Translations under genes and position numbers: made by a program
Origin: a virus
Lineage: Duplodnaviria; Caudoviricetes
IMG/VR virus record: IMGVR_UViG_2934543808_000001
Span: 1 to 64,000 of that record
Direction: 5' to 3' (one strand)
DNA length: 64,000 nt
Notes under the pieces: model-generated
The model's input: the letters and a program-made list of their open reading frames with translations, nothing else
What the model was told of the DNA's origin: nothing
Databases searched by the model: none
Shown: one piece after another, positions 9,620 through 19,375 of the stretch
How positions within the stretch are numbered: the first letter of the stretch is position 1
Layout of the letters: each line of letters opens with the position of its first letter

Positions 9620-10465
9620 ATGACGCAGAAGAGAGCGACGCCGTCAATCAAGAGGCGACGTGTGGGTGCCCAACTGCGCCAGTGGCGCGAGGCGGTTGAG
9701 ATGCCGTCAGGTGATGTCGCACGGGCCATGGGCTGGAGCCAGCCCCGCTTCTCTCGCGTCGAGCGTGGCTACTACCGCATCGGTCGCGACGACGTGCTCG
9801 ACCTGTGCAAGAAGATCGGCGTCGATGACCCGAAGGGCGTCGAAGAGGTCGCTCGCGTCGCCGAAGAGCCGGCCGGGAAGGGCTGGTGGGCCTCGTACGC
9901 CGACAAGGTCAGTGAGGCGTACCTGGACTTCGTAGAGCTGGAGGCTGAGGCGGAGACGATCCGCATCGTCCATCCCAAGGTGATCCCGGGGCTGGTGCAG
10001 TCACCGCTCTACGTCCGGGAGATGCACTCGCGCGCCCGGTCGAACGACTCGGAGTCACTCATCGCCATCCGCCTCGCCAGGCAGGAAGTCCTCAGCCGAG
10101 CGAAGTTCCACGGCGTGATCCCCGAGTCCGCCTTCCACGCTGAGTTCGAGTCCAGCCCTGGCCTCATGGAAGACCAGCTCCGCAAGCTCATCGCCGCCAC
10201 CAAAATGGAGAACGTCACCCTCCAGATCCTGCCGTTGAAGGCGCACCCTTCCATCGGATCGAACGGAGCAATGACCATCCTTACGTTCCGGCACCCGTGG
10301 ACGCCCGTCGCCAGCATCGACAACCCGATGGGCGGCTCACACACCTACGACCCGGCCCAGGTCGCCTACCTGGAAGCCGAGTTCGAGAACATCTCTTCTG
10401 CCGCGCTTCCCGTGGACCAGTCACGGGATCTTCTTAACGAGTACCTGGAAGGACTGCACAAGTGA
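9620..10465 (+). CDS. XRE HTH regulator with DUF5753 domain (WhiJ/Scr1-like)
   Basis: RRRVGAQLRQWRE HTH, GWW..Y, IPGLVQSP.Y and RLARQ. Confidence 0.92.
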   Translation: MTQKRATPSIKRRRVGAQLRQWREAVEMPSGDVARAMGWSQPRFSRVERGYYRIGRDDVLDLCKKIGVDDPKGVEEVARVAEEPAGKGWWASYADKVSEAYLDFVELEAEAETIRIVHPKVIPGLVQSPLYVREMHSRARSNDSESLIAIRLARQEVLSRAKFHGVIPESAFHAEFESSPGLMEDQLRKLIAATKMENVTLQILPLKAHPSIGSNGAMTILTFRHPWTPVASIDNPMGGSHTYDPAQVAYLEAEFENISSAALPVDQSRDLLNEYLEGLHK

Positions 10466-10707
10466 CCACCAACAACGGACGCGCTCTCACTGCACCAGAG
10501 CTTGAGGGGGCCGTCTGGACGAAGTCTTCCTACAGCGGGGACTCGCAGGGGCAGTGCGTCGAACTCGCTGCTCTCAAGACTGCCCCGTTCGCTGGCATGC
10601 GAGCCGTCCGGGATTCCAAGAACCCGAACGGCCCCGCGCTCGTCTTCTCCGAGTCCTCGATCGCAGGCTTCCTCGCAGACGTTCAGGACGGCAAGTTCGA
10701 CTGCTGA
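10462..10707 (+). CDS. DUF397 protein
   Basis: WTKSSYSG...CVELA...AVRDSKNP.GP.L.F; coupled to the XRE gene. Confidence 0.93.
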   Translation: MTTNNGRALTAPELEGAVWTKSSYSGDSQGQCVELAALKTAPFAGMRAVRDSKNPNGPALVFSESSIAGFLADVQDGKFDC

Positions 10708-10724
10708 CCCCCGAACATCACGCG

Positions 10725-10769
10725 TCGAGGCCCGGTTCCCCCATCCCAACTGGGGGAACCGGGCCTCGA
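10725..10769. terminator. Bidirectional terminator hairpin
   Basis: Perfect 19-bp inverted repeat TCGAGGCCCGGTTCCCCCA with a 7-nt loop, between convergent genes. Confidence 0.8.
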
Positions 10770-10856
10770 TGTACTACTGCTCATGAGCCAAGGGCAGCGT
10801 ACCCCGGGTGATCGCTACTCCCCTGGGTAACGGGCAGAAACGAGTGGCTGCGGCTC

Positions 10857-12095
10857 TCAGGTCTCCGTCTGGGCGGGGTCGTCCGCCTGCGGCTCAGCTC
10901 TGGCTTGTGCGACTGCTGCTCGGGCGGGCCCGCCGTACTGCGGCACCTTGTCGAGCGGGTCGCTCGTGCCGACACCGTGGCGGCGGTCGTAGACCGTGTC
11001 CGCCGTGTGGGAGCCGTCCGCCCAACGGCCGGCCCGGTTGCGCTCGGCGAGCGGGACGCCCTTCTCGGCCATGTCGGTGTTCGCGCCGGCCCGCCACGAG
11101 TGGGAGGTGACCTTCTTGCCGTCGATGTACGGCACGCCCGCCTGCTCGGCGAGGAGCTGGAGCCGTTCGTTGAGCGAGCCCGGCCGCATCCGGGTGCCGC
11201 GCTTACGGTCCGCTGGGTAGGAGCGGAGGCCGCCCTTCACGGTCAGGGCGCGGAAGGTCGGCTGGTCGGGGCCGTCCGCGCCGAGTTCGCGCAGCACGGC
11301 GAACCAGGCGCGGGCGCGGCGTACGAGCTGGAGGTCGGTGCGGTCGTTGATGAAGCGGCCGGCGCCCTTGCCCGCCTGGTCCGTCTTGGATGTGGCGGTG
11401 GTGACGTGGATGCCGGTGTCGTAGATCCGCAGCCGCTTGTTGAGCTGATCGGCCAGCTCGGACTCCCGGTGCAGGTTGGCGTAGGCGAGCACCACTAGGA
11501 ACGCGTCGCGCTTGCCGATGTTCGTGCTCTCATCGATCGAGTCGAGGATGCGGACGGTGTACTCGATCGTGGCCGCAGCGGCGCGGTCGACTTCGCCGCC
11601 GGCCTTCACCCAGTCCTTCTTCCAGGCCCGCAGGCGGCCCTTGAAGCGGCTGGGGTCGGGGCGGAGGTCTACCGGCTGCCAGTTCCAGATCCGGGACATG
11701 TACTGACCGACGCTGTCCGGCTTGAACTCCCCGGTCTTGCCTCGGCGGATCAGGTGCAGGCCGTAGGAGGTGTACGTCGCCGTGGTGCACGGGTACGGCA
11801 GCCGCGGGGGGTCCTGGGTGGCGCACCAGGTCATGAAGGCGCGGATGGTGGACTCGCGGTTGGTGATGGTGTTGTCGGCGAGGTCGGGTTCGGAGAGGTC
11901 GGCGACGTCCTCGGCGGACAGCCGGAAGTCGGCGTCCGTCCAGGCCGGCTTCTGGTCGGCGAGCGGCGGCAGCTCGTCGGGGCCGAGCATGGTGTGCTGG
12001 GTGATCAGGTAGCGGGGCCCCTGCTCGGCCGCGGCCGGTCCGGGTTCACCGTCCCGGACCAGCTCGGCGCGTACGACCTCGACCTCCGTGCTCAC
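10857..12095 (-). CDS. Tyrosine recombinase (Cre-like integrase/resolvase)
   Basis: RDAFL...HRESEL, SKTDQ, SHSWRAG, GRW and C-terminal Tyr (TVY); N-terminal SAM-like domain. Confidence 0.9.
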   Translation of the reverse strand: MSTEVEVVRAELVRDGEPGPAAAEQGPRYLITQHTMLGPDELPPLADQKPAWTDADFRLSAEDVADLSEPDLADNTITNRESTIRAFMTWCATQDPPRLPYPCTTATYTSYGLHLIRRGKTGEFKPDSVGQYMSRIWNWQPVDLRPDPSRFKGRLRAWKKDWVKAGGEVDRAAAATIEYTVRILDSIDESTNIGKRDAFLVVLAYANLHRESELADQLNKRLRIYDTGIHVTTATSKTDQAGKGAGRFINDRTDLQLVRRARAWFAVLRELGADGPDQPTFRALTVKGGLRSYPADRKRGTRMRPGSLNERLQLLAEQAGVPYIDGKKVTSHSWRAGANTDMAEKGVPLAERNRAGRWADGSHTADTVYDRRHGVGTSDPLDKVPQYGGPARAAVAQARAEPQADDPAQTET

Positions 12096-12532
12096 GTCTC
12101 CTCCGGCGGCTCGTACTCCGGGTGGTCGGGGTGGTCGATGAACGGCGCGGCGAACTGCTGCACGACCATGCGGAGCGGCCCGACCAGAGGGGCCTTCTCG
12201 TCGGCGAGCTGCGCCTTGAGCAGGTTGACCAGCATCAGCTTGCCCAGGAGGTCGTCACGGGTGCGCTGCGGCTGGTTGCGGACGATGTGCATGGCCGTGG
12301 CCTGGTCCACGAAGTGCCCGTCGCCGGTCAGGATCGGGGCGAACACCCGACCGCCCATCCCCTGCACGCCGAACCGGCGCGCGCCCGGCTCGGTCAGCTC
12401 CCACCAGCCGTGGGGGGCGAGGGCGCCGGCGGCCTCCAACTCCTCGGTGACGCGGGCCTCCAGGAAGGTCGCCCACTGCGCGGCCGTCACCGCACCTTCG
12501 GCGGTCGGTCGCTCGGGTCGCTGCTCGGTCAC
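12092..12532 (-). CDS. DUF6221-like phage protein
   Basis: FLEARV.EE...HIVRNQPQR...K...APFIDHPD pattern. Confidence 0.65.
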   Translation of the reverse strand: MTEQRPERPTAEGAVTAAQWATFLEARVTEELEAAGALAPHGWWELTEPGARRFGVQGMGGRVFAPILTGDGHFVDQATAMHIVRNQPQRTRDDLLGKLMLVNLLKAQLADEKAPLVGPLRMVVQQFAAPFIDHPDHPEYEPPEET

Positions 12533-12870
12533 CGCCGGGCCTCCGCGGGGAAGTCCGGGTGCTCCGCCCACCGCTTCGCCTCGTTGCGCATCCACTCCAG
12601 CTTGCGCACGGCGCCGACGATGTCCCGGTTCTCCATGCACGCTTCGGCATACCCCAGCGCGTAGCCCAGGGCCTCGTGGAACAGCGGGTCCACGACAGGC
12701 GTCTCCGCGGCGCGCGCCTTCAAGAAGGTGTGCAGGGCGGCGAGTTGGGCGCTCATGTCCGCGTACGCGTCGACCGGGCGGTCGGCGGCCGGCGTGCCGG
12801 GGCCGGGAGCGGGCGGGGCCGTCGTCGGCTCCGGCCGGTGCCCCTGCGGGCTGTATCCGCGGCCGTTCAC
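12529..12870 (-). CDS. Hypothetical protein
   Basis: GTG start overlapping the upstream stop, after AGGAG. Confidence 0.55.
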   Translation of the reverse strand: MNGRGYSPQGHRPEPTTAPPAPGPGTPAADRPVDAYADMSAQLAALHTFLKARAAETPVVDPLFHEALGYALGYAEACMENRDIVGAVRKLEWMRNEAKRWAEHPDFPAEARR

Positions 12871-13250
12871 GCCTGCTGCTCCTGGTGGTTGAAGGGGTGG
12901 TTGCACTCCGGCGAGGGTTCGCCAGCGGGGCTGAGGCAGGTTCGGCACAGGTCGATGCCGGGGCCGCCGAGCGGCGTGGCCGCGGTGCCCTGCGGGTCGG
13001 TGTCCAGGAGCATGGTGGTGCTGGTCTTCCCGTCGCCGCCGGGCAGGTTCCCGGGGGCGAGGACTCGGCCGAACGCCGCGATCCACTCGTCCGCGTCGTC
13101 GGGCACCGGCATGCTGTTCGGTACCGGCTTGATGATCGTGTACATCTCGGCCGGGTGCTCGCCTCGCTGGAGGCGTGCCACGAACTCGGCCGGCGGTACT
13201 CCGCGCGAGCCGACCTCGTCCGGACCGTCCGCGCGCTCGTTCCCGCTCAT
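12867..13250 (-). CDS. Hypothetical protein
   Basis: ORF with RBS; first gene of the leftward operon. Confidence 0.55.
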   Translation of the reverse strand: MSGNERADGPDEVGSRGVPPAEFVARLQRGEHPAEMYTIIKPVPNSMPVPDDADEWIAAFGRVLAPGNLPGGDGKTSTTMLLDTDPQGTAATPLGGPGIDLCRTCLSPAGEPSPECNHPFNHQEQQA

Positions 13251-13391
13251 CTGTTCCCCTCCCCGCAGGTACCGGCTATTCCAGGGAGAATAACCGGAAA
13301 GGTAACCCTAAGTTGTTGTCAGCGTCCCCACCCTATCGCGGAGCAGTGACAATCGGCAGGCGAAACGCACAGCGCTGTAACCCACCCTCGT

Positions 13392-13422
13392 AACTACCCG
13401 ATGACATAGACTGCGGGTAGTT
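13392..13422. promoter_or_regulatory. Inverted repeat enclosing a -10-like TAGACT
   Basis: AACTACCCG-N13-CGGGTAGTT in a lower-GC divergent intergenic region. Confidence 0.45.
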
Positions 13423-13428
13423 CATTGG

Positions 13429-13869
13429 GTGGGTTCTGTCGAAAGGATCGCAGTGGATTTCGTGATCAGGGGCGCATCGCCCGCATTCGAGGAGGGATTG
13501 CTCGCGCTCATCGCCGAGCACGCGGATGATCTGACGATCGAGGCCGATCGGCAGTGGACCGTCGAGCGCGCGAAGGACTTCGTCCGCATCGCCACGCCGG
13601 CCGCCCGCACGCTGCTGCACGACGTCCTCAACGGTGGCGGATACCGGGCGGCGGCCGACCTGCGCGACATGAACCGGGACCTCGCCGGCCCCGCCATCTC
13701 CCTGACCAAGACCCTCACCAAGGGGGTAGTCGACGGACTTTGGCCCTCCGGGATGCCCGCGCCGGTCACCGCCGACTACGGCCGCGAGAAGCCGCAGAAC
13801 AAGAAGGTCGAGGGCTACCGCATGGCGGCCGACCTCATCCCCGTCTTCACCGCCGCCGTGGAAGGCTGA
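13429..13869 (+). CDS. Hypothetical protein (possible wHTH)
   Basis: ORF with high-GC3 codon usage. Confidence 0.65.
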   Translation: MGSVERIAVDFVIRGASPAFEEGLLALIAEHADDLTIEADRQWTVERAKDFVRIATPAARTLLHDVLNGGGYRAAADLRDMNRDLAGPAISLTKTLTKGVVDGLWPSGMPAPVTADYGREKPQNKKVEGYRMAADLIPVFTAAVEG

Positions 13870-13873
13870 CCCC

Positions 13874-14335
13874 GTGCACGACGACACCCTGAGCCACCAC
13901 GAGTTCGACACCGAGCCGTTCACCGCCTCCGAGTTGACGGCCATCATGGGCTACCGCAAGGCCATCGAGGGCATCCCCGACGCCATCATGGAGACGACAC
14001 CCGCCGAGATGGGCGCCGCGGCGACGGCGTTCGGCCCGGCCGCCGCGAAGAGCCTGCTCACGGACCACGGTGATGCCCTCAACACCTGGTTCCTCGCGCT
14101 CGACCAGGCCCTCGCGGAGCTGCTGACCTGCACTACCGAGTCCACCCGGTACTCGACCGCCGCCGGACGGTTCCTGACGGCGGAGGCCGCCGCCTACCAC
14201 CGCGCGCGCCAGCACTTCGAGCACACCACGACCGTCTTCCTGCTGGGCCGCGACACCACCCCGCTCATCGGGAACTACCCACGGTTCACCAGCACCCTCA
14301 ACCTGGGCATGCAGAGCCTGGACGGGCCTGAGTAG
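13874..14335 (+). CDS. Hypothetical protein
   Basis: ORF with high-GC3 codon usage. Confidence 0.65.
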   Translation: MHDDTLSHHEFDTEPFTASELTAIMGYRKAIEGIPDAIMETTPAEMGAAATAFGPAAAKSLLTDHGDALNTWFLALDQALAELLTCTTESTRYSTAAGRFLTAEAAAYHRARQHFEHTTTVFLLGRDTTPLIGNYPRFTSTLNLGMQSLDGPE

Positions 14336-14358
14336 AGGTCGCCACCGTACTGCACCAC

Positions 14359-14398
14359 CCCGGTCGCACGAGCGAGCGCCGGGCCTTCAACGCTCCGA
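14359..14398 (+). ncRNA. Conserved leader element, copy 1 (ACGAGCGA-loop hairpin plus AACGCTCCG)
   Basis: CCCGGtCGC-ACGAGCGA-GCGCCGGG ccttc AACGCTCCG, then RBS and ATG. Confidence 0.75.
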
Positions 14399-14411
14399 GA
14401 GGACAGAGGAC

Positions 14412-14687
14412 ATGCACTACACCGAGGACCCCCTGATGGAGGGCCCGCGGCGCAAGCACCGGCTCGTGCTGGAAGCCGTCGGTACCACGCGAAGCCTGTT
14501 CGGCGCCGAGCGAAAGCTGTTCGCGGCCGGCTGCGAGGCGGGCGACTGGATGGACCCCCGCCAGTACACGGACACGGCGCACTTCGAGGGCTTCGACCAG
14601 CACATGGCCGAGGTGCAGCAGCAGGTGCACCGGGAGACGGAAGCCGCCGCAACGGAGCAGGATGACTGCCCCGACCAGGAGGCGTGA
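14412..14687 (+). CDS. Hypothetical protein
   Basis: ATG after GAGGA, directly behind the leader element. Confidence 0.65.
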   Translation: MHYTEDPLMEGPRRKHRLVLEAVGTTRSLFGAERKLFAAGCEAGDWMDPRQYTDTAHFEGFDQHMAEVQQQVHRETEAAATEQDDCPDQEA

Positions 14688-15240
14688 CCCCGTGTTCCGT
14701 ATTAGCGCGAAGGAGGCCGCGCGCTACCCCGGCCTTCGGGCCCGGCTCAACGCCGCGCGCTCGCCGAGGCAGAAGCCGACCAAGGCCCGCTCCCGGTCCA
14801 CCCCCAGCGCGACGACGTACGTCGAGTGGGACTCCGGGCGGGAGATCGGGGCCGCCCGGCACTGGGTTCTCGACCTGCCCGACACCGAGCTGATCAACGC
14901 GAACGACCGCGGTCACTGGAGCCGGCGGCAGCGGCTCACCGCCTCCATTCGGGAGGCCACGGCCGTGCTCGCTCGCCAGCAGCGTGTACCCCGGTTGACC
15001 AGGGCTCGCGTGGTCTACGTCGTGAAGCCGAGGACGCGCACCAGGGTCTTCGATCCGTCGAACTGGTCGCTTTCGGCGAAGGCGGCCGTGGACGGCCTCC
15101 AGGACGCGGGCGTGTTCGAGGACGACAACGCCGCGGTGGTGACGGGCGTTGACCCCCGTGCAGGAGAGCGCCAGAGCGGCGCGAACATAAGGATGTCGCT
15201 GGTCATCATCGACCAGGGGGAGGAGAACGCAGGTGCTTGA
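14662..15240 (+). CDS. RusA-like Holliday junction resolvase (phage type)
   Basis: NAN.R.HW and DPSN...AKAAVDGLQDAGVFEDDN acidic motif. Confidence 0.75.
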   Translation: MTAPTRRRDPVFRISAKEAARYPGLRARLNAARSPRQKPTKARSRSTPSATTYVEWDSGREIGAARHWVLDLPDTELINANDRGHWSRRQRLTASIREATAVLARQQRVPRLTRARVVYVVKPRTRTRVFDPSNWSLSAKAAVDGLQDAGVFEDDNAAVVTGVDPRAGERQSGANIRMSLVIIDQGEENAGA

Positions 15241-15676
15241 CGAGAAGACCGCGTGGCAGCGAGCCGCCGGGCTGTACGAGGAGGCGGGCCTGCGCCGGCA
15301 GTTGGTGCCGACGTACGCGGACGCGCTCCTCGCGCTGCGGGACACCGAGATCGCGTCGCGCCTGCGCGAGGCCGGCTTCGAGAAAGCCGCAGCCCTGATC
15401 CAGCCGGACCCGGACCTGGTGGACGCCGCGTGGGGCGAGGAGCCCGGCGAGGAGACGCCCGAGGACGCTGTCCCGGACGGTCCGCCGCCGCGCATCAAGG
15501 TCTACGTGGGCATGGCCGCGGTCGCGGGGAGCACGGAGACGTACGAGCTGGGCGCGGAGGAGATCCCCGCGGGGTGGCACCGCATGACGGAGGACGAGAA
15601 GTCGGAGGCCATGCAGCCGATCGTCCAGCACTACATGGACAACGCCGTCCAGGCCGGATGGGGCGAGGTCGAATGA
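15233..15676 (+). CDS. Hypothetical protein
   Basis: Coupled ORF. Confidence 0.6.
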   Translation: MLDEKTAWQRAAGLYEEAGLRRQLVPTYADALLALRDTEIASRLREAGFEKAAALIQPDPDLVDAAWGEEPGEETPEDAVPDGPPPRIKVYVGMAAVAGSTETYELGAEEIPAGWHRMTEDEKSEAMQPIVQHYMDNAVQAGWGEVE

Positions 15677-16281
15677 GCACGCTCACGCCGATGGAGCGCC
15701 GACCCGCTCCCGTGGACAACGCGGTGAAGTCCGGGGTGCCGCACGGCGCCCCGGTGCTGTGGGGCGGCGAACTGGCCGCGCTGCTCCGGGACGCCTCCTT
15801 CTACAACCGTCCCGACGTTCGTACAGACAAGCAGGCGCACGTGGCCGTCTTCTCGACGGGGCTGACCACCCGGGGCGGCGGGTCGCTCGGCGACCTCGGG
15901 GCCGCCTGCGACCCGGGCAGGATCATGCTCAACGACGACCTGTTCCTGGAGGCGCACCAGGTTGGCAAGCCGGCGCGGTGCCGACGTCGGGCGTGCCAGG
16001 CGCTCTTCGCGGTCGCGGAGCGCCAGCACGGCGACCTCGACCACATCCGCTCGTACTACAAGCTGGAGCACCGGATCGGCGTCCGCGTCGACCTGGGGCT
16101 CCGGGTCCGGCACGAAGGCCGCCCGGGGGCGATCATCGACACCCGCGGGCAGTACCTCGTCGTCCGCCTGGACGACGAGACCGTGCCGGTGACGGTGCAC
16201 GCCACGTCCGGCATGGAGTACCAGGGCAAGGACGGCTGGGTGCGGGCCGTGCCGCTGCCGGACCCGTACGCCGCGGTGTAA
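15673..16281 (+). CDS. Hypothetical protein
   Basis: ATG overlapping the upstream TGA. Confidence 0.6.
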   Translation: MSTLTPMERRPAPVDNAVKSGVPHGAPVLWGGELAALLRDASFYNRPDVRTDKQAHVAVFSTGLTTRGGGSLGDLGAACDPGRIMLNDDLFLEAHQVGKPARCRRRACQALFAVAERQHGDLDHIRSYYKLEHRIGVRVDLGLRVRHEGRPGAIIDTRGQYLVVRLDDETVPVTVHATSGMEYQGKDGWVRAVPLPDPYAAV

Positions 16282-16379
16282 CGAACGGGCGGGCCACTCC
16301 GTCTATCCCGTGCACGGCCCCCTGCGTCGGCGCCCGCCGACACCTAGTCATGCAGGGGGCTGTGCTCTGGGGAGACATC

Positions 16380-16640
16380 GTGAGCACAGCCACCACCACC
16401 GATCGCGCTGAGCTGCTGCGCGAGGCGTCCTTGACGGTCTGCGGCCGGCGAGAGGGCAAGACGAGGGCCTGCAACTCGTGCCTGCGGAAGGCCGACGCCG
16501 CCGTGCAGCTCATCAAGGGCCCGACGCTGAACACGCGGCTCCTGCCGCGCGTCGCCGACATCGTGTGCGGCTCCGCCGGACAGCCCTGCGGCGACTGCTG
16601 GGAGAAGGCCACCACCCTGATTCTGGAGCTGCGCGGATGA
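16380..16640 (+). CDS. Small Cys-rich protein with a duplicated VCG...CxxC motif
   Basis: VCG..ACNSC..KA and VCG..PCGDC..KA; GGAGA RBS. Confidence 0.6.
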   Translation: MSTATTTDRAELLREASLTVCGRREGKTRACNSCLRKADAAVQLIKGPTLNTRLLPRVADIVCGSAGQPCGDCWEKATTLILELRG

Positions 16641-17194
16641 CCTTCGACTTCCCCGCGCCGATGATGGTGGAGGGCGACGTCGTCCACGACGGGGTGAAGT
16701 ACGGCAGCAGGCAGCAGGTCTCCGGCGTCTCGTGGCCGATGGTCCCGCCGACGGGATGGCGGTACGTCTCCCGGACGGTCAAGGCCCTGCTGTACGGCGC
16801 GGGCGCCGTCTGCGAGTACTGCGCCGAGGTCTCCGTCAGCGCGGGTCCGTGCGCGCGCACCACGCCGTGCGCCCCGGTCCGCCTGACCATCCTCACCGGG
16901 CGGGAGGCGTTCCCGCTGACGAACGACCTGCTGAAGACCTACACGCCCTTCGACCGGCTCCGGCTGATCGCTACCACCGCCGAGTACCGCCCCTTCCAGC
17001 CCTACGCCCAGCGGGAGATCGCGGCCCTGAAGTGGACCGCGACCGAGCCGGAGAAGCGGCACGAGCTGATGCGCGAAGTCGTGGCCGAGCTCCACGTTCC
17101 CGCGGCCGGCATCCGCACGTTCCTGTGGGACGGCACCGAGGAGATCCCCTACCCCTACAACTGGACTCGGGCGTCTGCCGATCAAGGCCGGTAG
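16637..17194 (+). CDS. Hypothetical protein
   Basis: ATG overlapping the upstream TGA. Confidence 0.6.
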   Translation: MTFDFPAPMMVEGDVVHDGVKYGSRQQVSGVSWPMVPPTGWRYVSRTVKALLYGAGAVCEYCAEVSVSAGPCARTTPCAPVRLTILTGREAFPLTNDLLKTYTPFDRLRLIATTAEYRPFQPYAQREIAALKWTATEPEKRHELMREVVAELHVPAAGIRTFLWDGTEEIPYPYNWTRASADQGR

Positions 17195-17231
17195 GCTTCT
17201 CCCATAACTGAACACCGGCCTTCGGCCGGCC

Positions 17232-17274
17232 GACTGCGGCGCACGAGCGAGCGCCCGCGGTCTCAACGCTCCGA
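17232..17274 (+). ncRNA. Conserved leader element, copy 2 (upstream of traB)
   Basis: GACTGCGGCGC-ACGAGCGA-GCGcCCGCGGTC tc AACGCTCCGA. Confidence 0.75.
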
Positions 17275-17296
17275 ACTCGACCAGGAGGGCATCACC

Positions 17297-17365
17297 ATGC
17301 CTCGCGTCTCCGCGATCTCTTCCGGCCTCGGCTCCCCGTCCTCATGTGACGTGACGAACACCTGA
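17297..17365 (+). CDS. Possible 22-aa leader peptide
   Basis: AGGAGG RBS followed by MPRVSAISSGLGSPSSCDVTNT*. Confidence 0.4.
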   Translation: MPRVSAISSGLGSPSSCDVTNT

Positions 17366-17416
17366 CCTGCGGTTTTCTCCGCCGTCCACGTCACGTCACT
17401 TCCCGGGGAGACTGCT

Positions 17417-19375
17417 GTGCCTCCGCACGACTCGATACTCGCGCGCGCCGCGCTCGGCACCGCGCACGCGCTGGGCAAGGCGTGCCGCTGGTGCGCGCGC
17501 CGCCGCTTTGAAGTTGCCCCCGCAGCCGCCTCCGCGAGCCTGACGGGACTGTCCTGGCTCCACCATGTCGATGGCGTCAGCATCCCCGAGCACGGCGTGT
17601 ACGGGCTGGCGACGCTCGCCGCCGGCGCGCTGACCGCCGGGGGGCTGAAGCACAAGCACAAGGCCCTCGCGACGGCGGGCGCCGGCAGCATGGCCGTGAT
17701 GGCGGACGCCTGGGTGGGTGCCGCTCTCGGCCCGTCCGTGCCTTCGCTGATCGCCAGCACTCTGGTGACCGGCGGGGCGTACGCCGCGTACGTGCCGTGG
17801 CTCGTACGCTCCCGCCGGGATCAGCTTGCGCTCCAGGTGAAGGCCGCGAAGGCGGGCGTGACCGCCGAGGGCCTGGGCACCAACACCCTCGCGCCGGGCC
17901 TGACCGGGGCCACCCGCGAGGAGACCGCGCTCATGCAGGCCCTCGTCGCGATGCTCTCCGTGCCCGCGGTGGACGTGACCGCGCTGGAGTACACCCGGTT
18001 CGGGTGGCGCGCCGTCATCGTGCTGCCGCCCGGCCGGGACACCTCCCCGCACAAGGTGATCGCGAGGCGCGACCAGCTCGCCACGAACCTCGGGCTGCCC
18101 GGGAAGCTGCGCCTGGCCAAGGGGGAGCACGACAACGAGCTGGTGGCGTACCTGTACGAGTCCGACCCGCTGGCCTCGCCGATCCCCTGGCCGGGCCCGT
18201 CGACCAGGACGTGCACGGAGCCGGCCGTTCTCGGCGTGGACGCGTACGGCCAGCCGGTGCTGATCCCGCTGCTGTACAACCACACCCTGATCGGCGGCGC
18301 GACCGACAACGGCAAGTCGGGAGTGCAGAGCGTCCTCATCGCGTACGCGGTGGCTTGCGAGGACGCCGAGGCCCTGCTGATCGACATGAAGCCCGGCGCG
18401 GTGGAGTTCGGGCCGTGGCGCCGGAGCGCCCTCGCGCTCGCGGACACGCCGAGCCGCGCGATGCAGCTGCTCAAGACGGTCTGGGCGGAGGTCGAGCGGC
18501 GCGGTGCGCTGCTCGCCGAGCTGGGCGAGAAGAAGTGGATACCGGGCAAGCACGGCCCGGCCTGGTTCGTGTTCATTGACGAGCTGGCCGAGTTGATCCG
18601 TCGCGTGCCCGCGGCGGCGAAGCTGATCGAGTCGCTGCTCCAGGTCGCCCGCTTCGTCGGCATCACGCTGGTGTGCGCCACCCAGTCGCCGAGCAACCGC
18701 GTGTTCGGCGGCTCCACCGACGGCCGCCAGCAGTACCAGGTGCGCATCGGCCTGGGCGCGAAGGAGTCCACCACCTCCAACTTGATCTTCGGTCCCGGGG
18801 CGTACGGGGACGGCTGGTGCTTGGACGAGCTGGACCTCGCGGGCAAGTTCCTGCGGTGGGACCGCGAGCACCAAGAGCCCGTCGATGCCCGCGCGTACTG
18901 GATGACCGAGGACGACGTGGCGGCGACGAGCCACCGCTACACCCGCGAGGAGGAGTCGACGGAGGCCAGGGAGCACCCGGAGCCGTCGCCGGACCCCGAC
19001 GACGACCCGACGCCCCCCTCGCGCCCCACGCCGCCGTCCGGCGGCCCCGGGGGCGGTCGCCCGCTGCTCCGTGCGGTCCCGACGTTCCCGGACGGGTCGG
19101 AGATCGCGGACGAGCGGCACGCGGCGCTGTGGCAGGCCATCGAGAAGGCTGGCCCGCGCGGCATCACCGTGGACGACCTGGTCGCGCTCGACCTGCCGCA
19201 GTTCGCGGCGCGGTCGTCGGTGAACGGACCGCTCGGGCAGTGGCGGCGGAAGGGCTGGGTGGAGGAGGCCGGGAAGCACGGGCGCGCGATGGCGTTCCGT
19301 ACGGCGCCGCGGCTTCCGGTCGCCAAGGTGTCGGCGGACGTCGAGGACTCCGAGTCGGTCACGGTCGGTGGGTGA
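17417..19375 (+). CDS. traB: FtsK/SpoIIIE-family conjugative DNA translocase
   Basis: N-terminal TM helices, Walker A GGATDNGKS, IDMK, Walker B FVFIDE, ATQ, Pro-rich linker and C-terminal wHTH. Confidence 0.88.
   Translation: MPPHDSILARAALGTAHALGKACRWCARRRFEVAPAAASASLTGLSWLHHVDGVSIPEHGVYGLATLAAGALTAGGLKHKHKALATAGAGSMAVMADAWVGAALGPSVPSLIASTLVTGGAYAAYVPWLVRSRRDQLALQVKAAKAGVTAEGLGTNTLAPGLTGATREETALMQALVAMLSVPAVDVTALEYTRFGWRAVIVLPPGRDTSPHKVIARRDQLATNLGLPGKLRLAKGEHDNELVAYLYESDPLASPIPWPGPSTRTCTEPAVLGVDAYGQPVLIPLLYNHTLIGGATDNGKSGVQSVLIAYAVACEDAEALLIDMKPGAVEFGPWRRSALALADTPSRAMQLLKTVWAEVERRGALLAELGEKKWIPGKHGPAWFVFIDELAELIRRVPAAAKLIESLLQVARFVGITLVCATQSPSNRVFGGSTDGRQQYQVRIGLGAKESTTSNLIFGPGAYGDGWCLDELDLAGKFLRWDREHQEPVDARAYWMTEDDVAATSHRYTREEESTEAREHPEPSPDPDDDPTPPSRPTPPSGGPGGGRPLLRAVPTFPDGSEIADERHAALWQAIEKAGPRGITVDDLVALDLPQFAARSSVNGPLGQWRRKGWVEEAGKHGRAMAFRTAPRLPVAKVSADVEDSESVTVGG

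Noticed and set aside
10770-10856. att site or tRNA next to the tyrosine recombinase
   Set aside because: No tRNA fold, loxP-like site or matching direct repeat was recognised.
10953-10975. GGCACGAGCGA on the minus strand resembling the leader loop
   Set aside because: Lies inside the recombinase CDS (GTSD), with no closing stem and no AACGCTCCG.
14359-14398. Leader element as a guanidine-II riboswitch (ACGA loop)
   Set aside because: That class needs two hairpins with ACGR tetraloops and precedes guanidine exporters; here there is a single 8-nt loop before unrelated genes.
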